Shown piece after piece: positions 16,300 through 25,612 of a stretch of 32,000 bases of DNA. The stretch spans positions 5,461 through 37,460 of the forward strand of contig JAGCXP010000065.1 in the NCBI GenBank assembly GCA_017961345.1. The letters are read 5' to 3'. The stretch comes from Bacteroidales bacterium. GTDB taxonomy: Bacteria; Bacteroidota; Bacteroidia; Bacteroidales; UBA932. Every line of letters begins with the position of its first letter. Within the stretch, counting starts at the first letter, position 1. The position numbers were made by a program, and so were the translations under genes. The notes beneath the pieces are model-generated. The model was given only the letters and a program-made list of their open reading frames with translations, made no database searches and was not told the origin of the DNA.

Positions 16300-17496
16300 A
16301 TGAGAAAATTTTGCCTCTCGATTTTCAGCGTCCTGCTGTTTCTGGCTGCCGCCTGCGAGCGGGAGCCCGCCCCTACACCGGGTCCCCAGCCCGCCCCTTT
16401 CACGCCCCTGGACTCCACCCACCTGATCTTTTTCTACACCTGCGGGCACAACAACGGGCTCTCCACCAACATCGAGAACAACTTCAACGAAATCCTGAAG
16501 GGAACGTATATCCCCTATCTGGCGGACACCAGCCGCATCGTCCTGTTTCACAGTCACTCCAACGACAAGGCCCCCCTGCTGCGGCGCATCGGCCGCGATG
16601 ATAGCGGGAACGTGACCACCGTCGACCTCCACTGGGAAGAATTCGACAACTGGGACGACAGCACCTTCTGCATCTCGAGTGACACCCTCTCCAAAATGCT
16701 GACGGCCGCGAACGCTCGCTTCCACGCCAAAAGGAATTACCTCGTCTTCTCCTCCCATGCCAGCGGATGGACGCCGGCGGGTGCCTTCCTCTCCGACAAA
16801 TATATTCCCGTCGCCTCCTCCATCGGCCAGGACCTGGGCAAGGATGGCGTACACGTGTATGAAATGGAACTGCCCCGCTTTGCAGACAAACTGCCCTTCC
16901 GTCTCAACGGCATCATTTTCGACGCCTGTCTGATGGCCTGCGTGGAAACGGCCTGGGAACTGCGGGGAAAATGCGACATCGTGGGCTTCTCCCCCACCGA
17001 AATCATGGCGCACGGCATGTACTACGAAACGATGCTCGACAACCTGTTCAAGGACGACGTCGTGCAGGTAGCCAAAGACTATATGAGTTTCTACCGGAAT
17101 CGGGGCAGCAATCCCTACGGCTGCTACACCGTCGTGGACTGCCGGAAAATGGACGCCCTCGCAGAAGCCTGCAAACAGATTTTCAACGCCCACCGCAGCC
17201 GGATCGACGGTGTCAACCCCGACGACGTCCAGCACTATTTCCGGGACAACCACACTTGGTTCTACGACCTGCGCGACCTCACCCGCGCGCTGGGATCCGA
17301 TCCGGGGGAACTCGCTTTGATGGATGCCGCCCTCGCCTATTGCGTCCTCTTTGCCGACCACACGGATTATTTCCTGACTCTGAAAATCGAACGCAGCTGC
17401 GGCCTGAGCACCTACCTGCCCCGCACGGGAAGCACGGATCTTTCCGCGTATTACAAGCTGCTGAAGTGGAACGAGGCGACGGAGTACGTCCGCTAA
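16300..17496 (+). CDS. clostripain-family (C11) cysteine peptidase, lipoprotein
   Basis: Only the 3' third of track ORF 14404..17496 is real. The in-frame ATG at 16300 gives MRKFCLSIFSVLLFLAAAC (lipobox). Catalytic His context is LVFSSHASGW and catalytic Cys context is IIFDACLMA (Cys codon 16927-16929), as in C11 peptidases. 398 aa. Confidence 0.82.
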   Translation: MRKFCLSIFSVLLFLAAACEREPAPTPGPQPAPFTPLDSTHLIFFYTCGHNNGLSTNIENNFNEILKGTYIPYLADTSRIVLFHSHSNDKAPLLRRIGRDDSGNVTTVDLHWEEFDNWDDSTFCISSDTLSKMLTAANARFHAKRNYLVFSSHASGWTPAGAFLSDKYIPVASSIGQDLGKDGVHVYEMELPRFADKLPFRLNGIIFDACLMACVETAWELRGKCDIVGFSPTEIMAHGMYYETMLDNLFKDDVVQVAKDYMSFYRNRGSNPYGCYTVVDCRKMDALAEACKQIFNAHRSRIDGVNPDDVQHYFRDNHTWFYDLRDLTRALGSDPGELALMDAALAYCVLFADHTDYFLTLKIERSCGLSTYLPRTGSTDLSAYYKLLKWNEATEYVR

Positions 17497-18714
17497 TTAT
17501 TCCCCTTGATGAATCCGCCGGGCGGGAACGAGTGCAATCACCCAACCGATCAACGCCACGCTGAGGGCGGTCACCACGACATCCCAGGGACGGATGACGA
17601 CCGGATAGGCATCGACCATGAAATTGCCCGGCATCTGGATCAGGCCGGTGCGCTGCTGCAGGTAGCAAAATCCCAGGCCTACCACCAGACCGATCAGAAG
17701 TCCCAGCAGGGAAATCAGCCAGCCCTCCAGCACGAACACGTGCCGCACCTTCTCCAGCGGCATGCCGAGGAACTGCATTGTAAGGATATCTTCCCGTTTT
17801 TCAATCATCAGCATGGAGAGACTGCCGAAAATATTGAAGGCGATAATCACGATGACGAAGACGAGAATCAGCCAAATGACGATTTTCTCGTACTCCATCA
17901 TTTTATAAAGCCCTTCGTTCTGCTGATACCGGTTCTTGACGGTAAATTCGGGGCCTAAGCATTCCTCCACCCGTTTGTGAACGGCCTCTGCATCCGCGTC
18001 GGGAAGCAGGCGGATTTCAACGGCGGAGACTTCCTCCTCGTATTCCAGGAGTTCGCGCAGGGTCTCCAGGGGTACGAAAACGGTCGCGGCATCCACATCG
18101 GAATTGATGGAGAAGGTACCGGAGGGCCATACTTTCGTCCGCCCCAGCGAGGCGGCCGGATTCGCCAGAGACACCGGTTTCGTACGGGAAGGATAGTAGA
18201 GTTCCAGCGGGGTGACAAAATGGGGATTGAGGCCCAGGTTCCAGGCCAGGCCCACGCCCACGACGGCCTCGGGAACATCGCCCCGGTGAAGGCGGAAACG
18301 GCCGCTGCGAAGGTACGCCCCGAAAATTTCCGTACCCTGACGCTCATACAGGCTGTCCACACCCTTGGCCAGGGCGGACGCCTGGCGCTCGTCGTAACTG
18401 ACGAACACGCTTTCTTCCAGCACCTCAAAGCAAGCGGCCACTCCCTCCAGCGAACGCACGGCATCCCAGTCCGCCTGACGGGCGGAAGGAACAAAGGTCT
18501 TGCCTTGCGCAGGAACGACTTTCAAGTCGGGGTCCACGGTACTCATCGAACTCCGCACCAGGTCGTCGAAGCCGTTGTACACGGACAGGATGATGATCAG
18601 CGCCGCCGTCCCTACCGCCATGCCCGCCGCGGAAATGGCGGAAATGATGTTGATGACATTGTGGGACTTACGCGCGAAGAGGTAGCGGAGCGCGAAGAAA
18701 AAGGGAACGTTCAT
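17497..18714 (-). CDS. FtsX/LolC/LolE-family ABC transporter permease
   Basis: 405 aa. N-terminus FALRYLFARKSHNVINIISAISAAGMAVGTAAL is typical of LolE-like permeases. Large periplasmic loop, then three C-terminal TM helices. ATGA overlap with rbfA. Confidence 0.85.
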   Translation of the reverse strand: MNVPFFFALRYLFARKSHNVINIISAISAAGMAVGTAALIIILSVYNGFDDLVRSSMSTVDPDLKVVPAQGKTFVPSARQADWDAVRSLEGVAACFEVLEESVFVSYDERQASALAKGVDSLYERQGTEIFGAYLRSGRFRLHRGDVPEAVVGVGLAWNLGLNPHFVTPLELYYPSRTKPVSLANPAASLGRTKVWPSGTFSINSDVDAATVFVPLETLRELLEYEEEVSAVEIRLLPDADAEAVHKRVEECLGPEFTVKNRYQQNEGLYKMMEYEKIVIWLILVFVIVIIAFNIFGSLSMLMIEKREDILTMQFLGMPLEKVRHVFVLEGWLISLLGLLIGLVVGLGFCYLQQRTGLIQMPGNFMVDAYPVVIRPWDVVVTALSVALIGWVIALVPARRIHQGE

Positions 18715-19058
18715 TGCTTAAGCAACTCGTCAATATGGGCCACGTAATCGAGCGAATTGTCCACAAAGAAAGACAGTTCGGGAATGATGCGAAGTTGACG
18801 GCCCATGACGGAGCCGAGTTCCCCGCGAAGCGCCCGTGCGTTCTCTCCGATAATGGCCATGACGGCCTCCGTCTTGTCGGAAGGATAGACGCTGACATAG
18901 ACGCGGGCGACGGACAGATCGGGTGAAATCTTCACACCGCTGACGCTCACCAGCGCACCCCCGAAGAAGGCCATACCGCGGCCGCGGATGGCTTCCGCCA
19001 GGACTTTTTCAATTTCGCGGGCAACCTTGCGCTGCCGGGTGGTTTCCTTTTCTTCCAT
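18711..19058 (-). CDS. rbfA: ribosome-binding factor A
   Basis: 115 aa with RQRKVAREIEKVLAEAI...VSVSGVKISPDLSVARVYVSVYP, the RbfA KH-like pattern. Starts 1 nt after the tyrS stop. Confidence 0.9.
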   Translation of the reverse strand: MEEKETTRQRKVAREIEKVLAEAIRGRGMAFFGGALVSVSGVKISPDLSVARVYVSVYPSDKTEAVMAIIGENARALRGELGSVMGRQLRIIPELSFFVDNSLDYVAHIDELLKQ

Positions 19059-19059
19059 A

Positions 19060-20349
19060 TTACGAGAGCGTAATCAGGTAGTAGTTTTTCTTGCCTTTCT
19101 GCACGAGGATATACTTGCCGTCTAGGACGAAACTTTCATCCACAACGGCGTTGATATCGCTCATTTTCTCCTTGTTGATGCTGATGCCGCCGCCCTGGAC
19201 CATCTTGCGGGCTTCCCCTTTGGAGGGCAGAATGTCGGTCTTGACGGCCAGCAGGTCCAGCAGGCCCACGGCGAGTTCCGAGCGGGACAGGGTGTAGTTG
19301 GGCACGCCGCCGAAAACGGCCAGGAAGGTCTTTTCATCGAGGGCTTTCAGCGCCTCGGCCGTCCCCCGTCCGAAGAGCATTTCGGAAGCGGCTACGGCAT
19401 TCTCATATTCCTTCTGCCCGTGCACCATCACGGTCACCTCGCGGGCGAGCAGTTTCTGGAGTTCCCTGCGTTCGGGTGCCTCGCGATGGGCGGCGATGGC
19501 CGCTTCCACGGTAGGTTGGTCCAGCAAGGTGAAAATCTTGATATAACTCTCGGCGTCCTCGTCGGTGACGTTCATCCAGAACTGATAGAACTCGTAGGGA
19601 GAGGTCTTCTCCGGGTCGAGCCAGATACTCCCCTTCTCGGTCTTGCCGAACTTCGTGCCGTCCGCCTTGCGGATCAGCGGGCAGGTCAGCGCGAACGCCT
19701 CGCCGCCGTCCATGCGGCGAATGAGTTCGGAGCCGGTCGTGATGTTGCCCCACTGGTCGCTGCCGCCGAACTGCAGGACGCAGCCCTTGTTGCGGTACAG
19801 CCAGAGAAAATCATAGCCCTGGAGCAGTTGGTAACTGAATTCGGTGAAGGACATGCCCTCGGAAGAATCGCGGGAAAGGCGCTTCTTGACGGAGTCCTTC
19901 GCCATCATATAATTGACGGTAATGTGCTTGCCGATGTCGCGGATGAAATTCAGGAAGGTGTAGTCCTTCATCCAATCGTAGTTGTTGACGAGTTCGGCGT
20001 GGTTGGGCGCGTCGGAATCGAAATCGAGGAAACGGCTCAGCTGGGCCTTGATGCCCGCCACGTTGTGCGCGAGGGTCTGCTCGTCGAGAATGTTGCGTTC
20101 ATGGGACTTCATCGACGGGTCGCCGATCATGCAGGTCGCACAGCCGACCAGGGCGATGGGCTTGTGGCCGCACTCCTGAAAATGCTTGAGAATCATCACG
20201 CTCACCAGGTGGCCGATATGCAGGGAATCCGCCGTGGGGTCAATGCCTACATAGGCGGCCTTGGGGCCTTCCGCCAACTTTTCTTCCGTTCCGGGCATGA
20301 TATCCTGGATCATCCCTCTCCACCGGAGCTCCTCTACGAAATTCTTCAT
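19060..20349 (-). CDS. tyrS: tyrosine--tRNA ligase
   Basis: HIGH motif (SLHIGHLV), KMSKS variant (KFGKTE) and a C-terminal S4 domain. ATG at 20349 ([12 protein letters not shown]) preferred over the GTG two codons upstream at 20355. Confidence 0.93.
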   Translation of the reverse strand: MKNFVEELRWRGMIQDIMPGTEEKLAEGPKAAYVGIDPTADSLHIGHLVSVMILKHFQECGHKPIALVGCATCMIGDPSMKSHERNILDEQTLAHNVAGIKAQLSRFLDFDSDAPNHAELVNNYDWMKDYTFLNFIRDIGKHITVNYMMAKDSVKKRLSRDSSEGMSFTEFSYQLLQGYDFLWLYRNKGCVLQFGGSDQWGNITTGSELIRRMDGGEAFALTCPLIRKADGTKFGKTEKGSIWLDPEKTSPYEFYQFWMNVTDEDAESYIKIFTLLDQPTVEAAIAAHREAPERRELQKLLAREVTVMVHGQKEYENAVAASEMLFGRGTAEALKALDEKTFLAVFGGVPNYTLSRSELAVGLLDLLAVKTDILPSKGEARKMVQGGGISINKEKMSDINAVVDESFVLDGKYILVQKGKKNYYLITLS

Positions 20350-20374
20350 ATACACCTTATTTATTAAAACGACT

Positions 20375-20382
20375 GCAAAGAT
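20375..20382 (-). promoter_or_regulatory. possible -7 box CATCTTTG for the tyrS-rbfA-permease operon
   Basis: One mismatch to TAnnTTTG, 25 nt upstream of the tyrS ATG. Confidence 0.35.
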
Positions 20383-20416
20383 GGGACTTTTAATCCGCTA
20401 AAACAAAAAAAATGGG

Positions 20417-20424
20417 TATATTTG
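20417..20424 (+). promoter_or_regulatory. -7 box TATATTTG for tpiA
   Basis: Exact TAnnTTTG match 42 nt upstream of the tpiA ATG, in the AT-rich divergent tyrS/tpiA spacer. Confidence 0.6.
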
Positions 20425-20466
20425 CAGGATTTTTGAGGAAATTACACAATTAAACACCCATACATT

Positions 20467-21222
20467 ATGAGAAAGAACATCGTTGCCGGAAACTGGAAAA
20501 TGAACACCACCGTTCCGGAAGGTATTGCCCTGGCCAAGGACGTCGTCGCCGCCAGCGCGAAAGTCCCCGCCTCCGTCAAACTGATCATCGCCACCCCGTT
20601 TACCCACCTCGTTCCCGTCGCGGACGTCGTGAAGGGCAGCGTCGTGAGCCTCTCCGCCGAGAACTGCGCCGACAAGGAGAAAGGTGCCTACACCGGTGAG
20701 GTGTCCGCCGCCATGCTCGCCTCCGCCGGTTGCGAGTACACCATCCTCGGCCACTCCGAGCGCCGTCAGTACTATGGCGAGACCGACGAGAAACTCGTCG
20801 AGAAGACCAAGCTCGCCCTTGCCAATGGCCTGAAAGTGATCCTCTGCGTGGGTGAAAACCTCGAGGAGCGCGAAGCCGGCAAACACTTCGACGTCTGCAA
20901 GAGCCAGACCGAGAACGTCCTCTACAACTTCAGCGAGGAAGACCTTAAGAACATCGTCATCGCCTACGAGCCCGTCTGGGCCATCGGCACCGGCAAGACC
21001 GCCACGGCCGAACAGGCGGAAGAAATCCACGCCTTCATCCGCAAGGTGGTTGCCGACAAGTTCGGTGCCAAGGCGGCCGAGGACATGAGCATCCTCTACG
21101 GTGGCAGCTGCAAGCCCTCCAACGCGAAGGAACTCTTCGCCCAGAAGGACATCGACGGCGGTCTGATCGGAGGTGCCGCCCTCAAAGCGGAAGACTTCAT
21201 CCAGATTGCGCTGTCGTTCTAA
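20467..21222 (+). CDS. tpiA: triosephosphate isomerase
   Basis: 251 aa with [27 protein letters not shown] and YGGS motifs. Confidence 0.95.
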   Translation: MRKNIVAGNWKMNTTVPEGIALAKDVVAASAKVPASVKLIIATPFTHLVPVADVVKGSVVSLSAENCADKEKGAYTGEVSAAMLASAGCEYTILGHSERRQYYGETDEKLVEKTKLALANGLKVILCVGENLEEREAGKHFDVCKSQTENVLYNFSEEDLKNIVIAYEPVWAIGTGKTATAEQAEEIHAFIRKVVADKFGAKAAEDMSILYGGSCKPSNAKELFAQKDIDGGLIGGAALKAEDFIQIALSF

Positions 21223-21310
21223 AAGGACACTCGCGCTTTCAGGAGCGCATGCAACATTTTCACTAAGACCTGCATCTTATAGATGGTTTAGGTTTTAGTA
21301 CACGCTAAAA

Positions 21311-21357
21311 AAGGGAACGCCAGGGCTGTGAAGTTCGACGTTCCCTTCTTGTTTTTG
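21311..21357 (+). terminator. probable terminator of tpiA
   Basis: Stem AAGGGAACG / CGTTCCCTT (9 bp) with a rather large 19-nt loop, followed by CTTGTTTTTGG. Confidence 0.5.
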
Positions 21358-21371
21358 GCAGATTTTTTGCC

Positions 21372-21379
21372 TATTTTTG
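21372..21379 (+). promoter_or_regulatory. -7 box TATTTTTG for the M6 protease operon
   Basis: Exact TAnnTTTG match 19 nt upstream of the ATG at 21399 and just downstream of the tpiA terminator. Confidence 0.6.
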
Positions 21380-21398
21380 CAGAGATATACCTAAACCG

Positions 21399-23666
21399 AT
21401 GTCTTTTCGTCTCAAATATCTGCTGCCGTTGTTGCTGGTCCTGCTGATGCCGGTCCTCCCCGCCGCCGCCATTCCCGCACCGGACTTTCCCCTGCGCTTC
21501 GAGCAGCCCGACGGGAGTTCTTTCACCGGCTACACCCACGGCGACGAAGCCTTTCACTACGCCACGACGGAAGACGGACGCCCGATCTGTCCGGATGAAA
21601 AGGGATGGTGGTGCTACGCCTCCTTCGACAACGACGGAAAACTCGTCTGCAGCGGTGTGCGCGTCGGACTGACCAAGGGACTCACCCTCGCCGCCGGGAC
21701 GACGCTCCCCGAAGCCGCCCTGCAGCAGGCCGCCCGCGCCCGCGCCGCCTTCCATAAAGGACAGCCCGGAAACAACACGCCAATCAGCCTGACGGATGGC
21801 GGTGGCCCCGCCAAAGCCGCCCTGACCAAGGGAGGCACCTCCCAGGTACGCCACGGCATTGTCATTCTCGTTGCCTTCCCCGCCCAACTTCCGACCGACC
21901 AGGCCATTCCCTTCACCTACGAGAAGGCCAACTTCGAGAACCTGCTGACCCAGGAAGGCTACAGCCACGACGGTGCAGTCGGCTGTGCCCTGGAGTATTT
22001 CCGGGGACAGTTCGACGACCAGCTCAACTTTGATTTCGACCTCGCCGGACCCGTCACCCTCCCCCATTCCGTCTCCTACTACGGCGGGAACGACGGCGCC
22101 GGACAGGACAGCAATCCCGCCCAAATGGTCGTGGACGCCTGCGTAGCCCTGGATTCGGAGGTCAACTTCGCCAAATATGACGACAACGGAGACGGCTTTA
22201 TCGACAACGTCTTCATCTTCTACGCGGGCCGGGGCGAATCCGACGGCGGCAGCGCCAACACCATCTGGCCCCACGCCTGGTACGTATACCACGGAGCCGG
22301 CAAGACCTGCATGCTAGACGGCGTGCAACTCGACCGCTACGCCTGCTCCTCCGAACTTGAGCAGCGGCTCGACGCACGCATCCACATGGCCTCCATCGGC
22401 ACCTTCTGCCACGAATTCAGCCACACCCTGGGCTTTCCCGACCTCTACGACACCGACTACGGCGGCAGTTCCTCCGACAATACCTGCTGCGCCGGCTGCT
22501 GGAAATGCACGGCCCTGATGGATGGCGGCAACGGCAACAACGGCGGCAATACGCCCCCTTACTACAATGCGGTGGAGCGTATCCTGCTGCCCGACTATTT
22601 CCCCGCTCCCCTATCTCTCAATCTGGGTGAGAACCGCCTGAGTCCGCTTTCCGCCGGCGGAGCGGTCCGCTTCCTGCCCACCGATACGACCGGCGAGTAT
22701 TTTATTTTCGAGTGCCGGGACAACAGCGGATGGGACGCGCACATCGGCGGATCGGGCCTGCTGATTTACCATTTCGACAACTCGAACAACGCCGCCGGCT
22801 TTTCGCAGAACTACAACCGGACGCTCACCGCCCTCGAGCGTTGGAGATACAACGAGGTCAACGCCAACCCGGACTATCCCTGTGGGGCCATCGTCCCCGC
22901 CGACGCCTCCCTGAGCACCCATATCGCCTACAACGCCTACATCGCCCGCGCCGGCAGCCCGCAGTCCTTTACGCGCAACATATCCCGCATCTTTTTCCCC
23001 ACAGGCGGCACCTCGCTGTCCAACCGCGACCGCCTCGTGTTCCGCAGCGGGCAGTCCAGCCCCTACAGCGTGACGGATGTCCATTGGGACGGCAGCGACA
23101 TTGTCTTCACCCTCACCAGCAGCCCCGTACCGCCCACGCCCGTTATCAGTAGCGTGCTCGCCCTGCAGGACTGCGCCCTCATCCAGTGGGAAGCGGCCGA
23201 ACCGGCCGAAGGTACCCAGGCGTGGATTGCCTGCACCGAATCCGGGGAAGAGCCCCATTTCGTCAAGGTAGAACCCTATGAGGAAGGCAAATACTTCCAC
23301 TGCTTTGAAAACCTGACGCCGGGCAAATACTACAGCATTGAGGTCTATTTCACGCTGGAGACCATGAAAAGCCGTTCGAAGACCCAGGGTGTCACGACGG
23401 CAGCCCGCCGGGGCGACACGCCCTATATCTGCGTGAAACAGGCCGCCCGCAATACCGACGGCACGTTCAAACCCGATGCTGCCCTGCCCCTGCGCCTTTA
23501 TAACGCCTCGACCGCCAGTTCCGTCGTCTGGTACTTTAACGGAGAAGAAGTATCGGTGGGTCCGGACGGCTATTTCAAGCCCGGCAAGTCCGGACGGCTC
23601 AAGGCCGAAGTCTTCTATCCCAACGGAAGCCGCTGCTCCATCTTTAAACAAATCACGGTACGATGA
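21399..23666 (+). CDS. secreted M6-family (immune inhibitor A-like) zinc metalloprotease
   Basis: 755 aa. Signal peptide MSFRLKYLLPLLLVLLMPVLPAAA. Zinc site CHEFSHTLGFPDLYDT (HEFSH at nt 22410-22424) matches the M6 signature HExxHxLGxPDxYD. C-terminal beta-rich, Ig/FN3-like region. Confidence 0.85.
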   Translation: MSFRLKYLLPLLLVLLMPVLPAAAIPAPDFPLRFEQPDGSSFTGYTHGDEAFHYATTEDGRPICPDEKGWWCYASFDNDGKLVCSGVRVGLTKGLTLAAGTTLPEAALQQAARARAAFHKGQPGNNTPISLTDGGGPAKAALTKGGTSQVRHGIVILVAFPAQLPTDQAIPFTYEKANFENLLTQEGYSHDGAVGCALEYFRGQFDDQLNFDFDLAGPVTLPHSVSYYGGNDGAGQDSNPAQMVVDACVALDSEVNFAKYDDNGDGFIDNVFIFYAGRGESDGGSANTIWPHAWYVYHGAGKTCMLDGVQLDRYACSSELEQRLDARIHMASIGTFCHEFSHTLGFPDLYDTDYGGSSSDNTCCAGCWKCTALMDGGNGNNGGNTPPYYNAVERILLPDYFPAPLSLNLGENRLSPLSAGGAVRFLPTDTTGEYFIFECRDNSGWDAHIGGSGLLIYHFDNSNNAAGFSQNYNRTLTALERWRYNEVNANPDYPCGAIVPADASLSTHIAYNAYIARAGSPQSFTRNISRIFFPTGGTSLSNRDRLVFRSGQSSPYSVTDVHWDGSDIVFTLTSSPVPPTPVISSVLALQDCALIQWEAAEPAEGTQAWIACTESGEEPHFVKVEPYEEGKYFHCFENLTPGKYYSIEVYFTLETMKSRSKTQGVTTAARRGDTPYICVKQAARNTDGTFKPDAALPLRLYNASTASSVVWYFNGEEVSVGPDGYFKPGKSGRLKAEVFYPNGSRCSIFKQITVR

Positions 23667-24073
23667 AACGCCTTGCACTCTTCTTCCTGGCTCTTGCCTG
23701 CGTCGCCGTCTCCTGCACCCCGGAAGACGTGATGCTGCGCGACAGCCTGATCAGCGGCAACGGCATCTGGGCCCAAAAAGCCGACACCCCGCTCTTTTCC
23801 TACGACGAGAACAACTGTCAGTATTCCTACTCGCGGGATGAAGTCGTTTTCCACCTTTTCGACGACAACATGTCCAACTGGCTGAAACTGGACTGCAAGG
23901 GTGCGAAGCTTTCGCTCGGCGCCTCCATCCAGGCCAACCTCGAATGGACGACCAGCGCCAATGTCCTGCGCCTGAACAGCGTCCCCTTCGAACTGCTCAA
24001 AATTGAAAACGGGCTCTACTACTTCTGGTGCTCCCGCGACAACATCGCCCTGCGCCTGCGGGCAGATTTCTGA
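23663..24073 (+). CDS. small hypothetical lipoprotein, translationally coupled to the M6 protease
   Basis: 136 aa. MKRLALFFLALACVAVSC is a signal peptide with a lipobox Cys, followed by TPED (acidic residues just after the Cys, compatible with a Bacteroidota surface-export signal). ATGA overlap with the protease stop (23663-23666). No recognisable family. Confidence 0.6.
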   Translation: MKRLALFFLALACVAVSCTPEDVMLRDSLISGNGIWAQKADTPLFSYDENNCQYSYSRDEVVFHLFDDNMSNWLKLDCKGAKLSLGASIQANLEWTTSANVLRLNSVPFELLKIENGLYYFWCSRDNIALRLRADF

Positions 24074-24091
24074 TTTACCTGGAAAGACAAT

Positions 24092-24132
24092 AAAAAAATA
24101 GCGCTGGCCATTTTGGTCAGCGCTATTTTTTC
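24092..24132. terminator. bidirectional rho-independent terminator between the lipoprotein gene (+) and the H1-like gene (-)
   Basis: A7 tract, then stem ATAGCGCTGGCC / GGTCAGCGCTAT (12 bp with one G-U pair), a 5-nt loop (ATTTT), then a T6 tract. It therefore reads as hairpin plus U-tract on both strands. Confidence 0.8.
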
Positions 24133-24146
24133 TGAAGAGGAAATCC

Positions 24147-24320
24147 TTATTTGGAAGCTTCGACAGAGGCTTTGCGGAAGTCCTTGAGGTCCTTCATAAG
24201 GCTCAGAGCAGCTTTGCGGGCGCGGCCACCGGCAGCTTTGTTACCTTTGACAACCTGAGCGTCGGCGTTGGCGACGAACTCTTCGATTTCCTTCTTGATT
24301 TTTTCAACAAGCGCGTTCAT
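24147..24320 (-). CDS. histone H1-like / Hc1-like small basic DNA-binding protein (57 aa, absent from ORF track)
   Basis: My own translation of the minus strand gives MNALVEKIKKEIEEFVANADAQVVKGNKAAGGRARKAALSLMKDLKDFRKASVEASK plus a stop. It closely resembles the ~58-aa proteins annotated as histone H1 in Bacteroides genomes (pattern GNKAAG.RARK....L.K.LKEFRK.S.E). It has its own AT-rich leader and a strong terminator. Confidence 0.8.
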   Translation of the reverse strand: MNALVEKIKKEIEEFVANADAQVVKGNKAAGGRARKAALSLMKDLKDFRKASVEASK

Positions 24321-24333
24321 TGTAGTTAGATAT

Positions 24334-24347
24334 TAGTGGGTTAAACA
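24334..24347 (-). repeat. leader motif copy 1 (sense UGUUUAACCCACUA) in the 5' UTR of the H1-like gene
   Basis: Exact 14-mer tagtgggttaaaca on the plus strand, ending 13 nt upstream of the ATG at 24320. Identical to 29753-29766. Confidence 0.6.
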
Positions 24348-24436
24348 AATGTTTGCTTTCAAATCTGACTGCAAGTTAATGATTGTCTTTGAAAAAACAA
24401 AAACTTTTTCCAAAATTTTATCAAAAAATGCAATTT

Positions 24437-25021
24437 TTACTCGTTTTGAGCCGTTTTCTGCGCTGAATTGACCAAATTCATCGCTTTATCGGCCCCTGCG
24501 AAGGTAAAAGTCTTGATTCCCTCGATAACCTTTTCTGCCAGTAGCGGGACTTTTTCGAGCTCCTCCTGACTGAGGTTTCCCAGCACGAAATCCACCTGCT
24601 CGCCCCGATGGAAATCGTTGCCGATACCCAGGCGGATTCGCGCATAATCGGTCGTCCCGATCAGTTCGTTGATGCTCTTCAGTCCGTTGTGTCCCCCGTC
24701 GCTTCCACTGCGCCGCATCCGGGTGGTCCCGAAAGGCAGGTTCAAATCGTCGGAGACAACCATCAGCCGTTCGGGTCCGATATTCAGCTGCTGCATCCAG
24801 TAACGGACGGCTTTGCCGCTGAGGTTCATAAAGGTGGAAGGCTTGAGCAGGGTTATCTTGCGGCCCCGGTAACTCACCTCGGCCGTGCTGCCCAGTTTTC
24901 CGGGCGTAAAAGCAATATTGGATGCCTTTGCCCAGGCATCCAATACCATAAAACCCATGTTGTGACGGGTATTTTCGTACTCGGGACCGATATTGCCCAG
25001 TCCTGCGACGAGAAAATTCAT
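24437..25021 (-). CDS. pth: peptidyl-tRNA hydrolase
   Basis: 194 aa with LVAGLGNIGPEYENTRHNMGF, LKPSTFMNLSG and GGHNGLKS motifs. Starts 9 nt downstream of the L25 gene. Confidence 0.93.
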   Translation of the reverse strand: MNFLVAGLGNIGPEYENTRHNMGFMVLDAWAKASNIAFTPGKLGSTAEVSYRGRKITLLKPSTFMNLSGKAVRYWMQQLNIGPERLMVVSDDLNLPFGTTRMRRSGSDGGHNGLKSINELIGTTDYARIRLGIGNDFHRGEQVDFVLGNLSQEELEKVPLLAEKVIEGIKTFTFAGADKAMNLVNSAQKTAQNE

Positions 25022-25030
25022 CGCGGAAGA

Positions 25031-25612
25031 CTATTCAGCGGCTGCGGCGGCACCCTGCTGGGAAGCCCTCGTAGCGAGGACGGAGCAGATGATCGTACCC
25101 TTCGGGGAAACGATGTTCACACCGTCGAGGGTGATGTCACCAGCAACGATCTGCTTGCCAATCTGCAGGTGGGTCGTATCGACTTCGATGAAGTCGGGCA
25201 GCTTGTCCATCAAGGCGCTCACGCGGAGTTTGCGGACGGCCACATAGAGTTTACCACCGAGTTTGACACCCTCGGAATGGCCGGTCACCTTCACGGGCAC
25301 GTCGATGACGACGGGTTTGCCGGGGTTCACGGCGAGGAAGTCGATGTGGAGCGCTTCATCGGTGACAGGATGCCACTGCGCCTCGTGGAGAACGCCGGTA
25401 ATCTTCTTGCCGTCGGAGAGCTTGAGGTCGACGATATAGGAGTTGGGGGTGTTCGTAAGGGCTTTCAGAGCCTTGGCGTCCACGGTGAAGAGGATGTTGT
25501 CCATACCGGGACCATAGATGTTGCAGGGAACGAGACCCGCTTTGCGGATGGCTTTGACGGCGGCTTTGCCTTCAGCCTGACGGATGGTACCGTCGAGAGA
25601 AATGTGCTTCAT
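25031..25612 (-). CDS. rplY: 50S ribosomal protein L25 (Ctc form)
   Basis: 193 aa with RKAGLVPCNIYG, HPVTDEALHIDF, and a C-terminal Ctc-type extension. Confidence 0.9.
   Translation of the reverse strand: MKHISLDGTIRQAEGKAAVKAIRKAGLVPCNIYGPGMDNILFTVDAKALKALTNTPNSYIVDLKLSDGKKITGVLHEAQWHPVTDEALHIDFLAVNPGKPVVIDVPVKVTGHSEGVKLGGKLYVAVRKLRVSALMDKLPDFIEVDTTHLQIGKQIVAGDITLDGVNIVSPKGTIICSVLATRASQQGAAAAAE

Noticed and set aside
23476-23666. Possible T9SS C-terminal sorting domain on the M6 protease
   Set aside because: The C-terminal ~70 aa (..WYFNGEEVSVGPDGYFKPGKSGRLKAEVFYPNGSRCSIFKQITVR) looks like a generic Ig/PKD-like beta-sandwich. I could not see the conserved T9SS CTD motifs with confidence.
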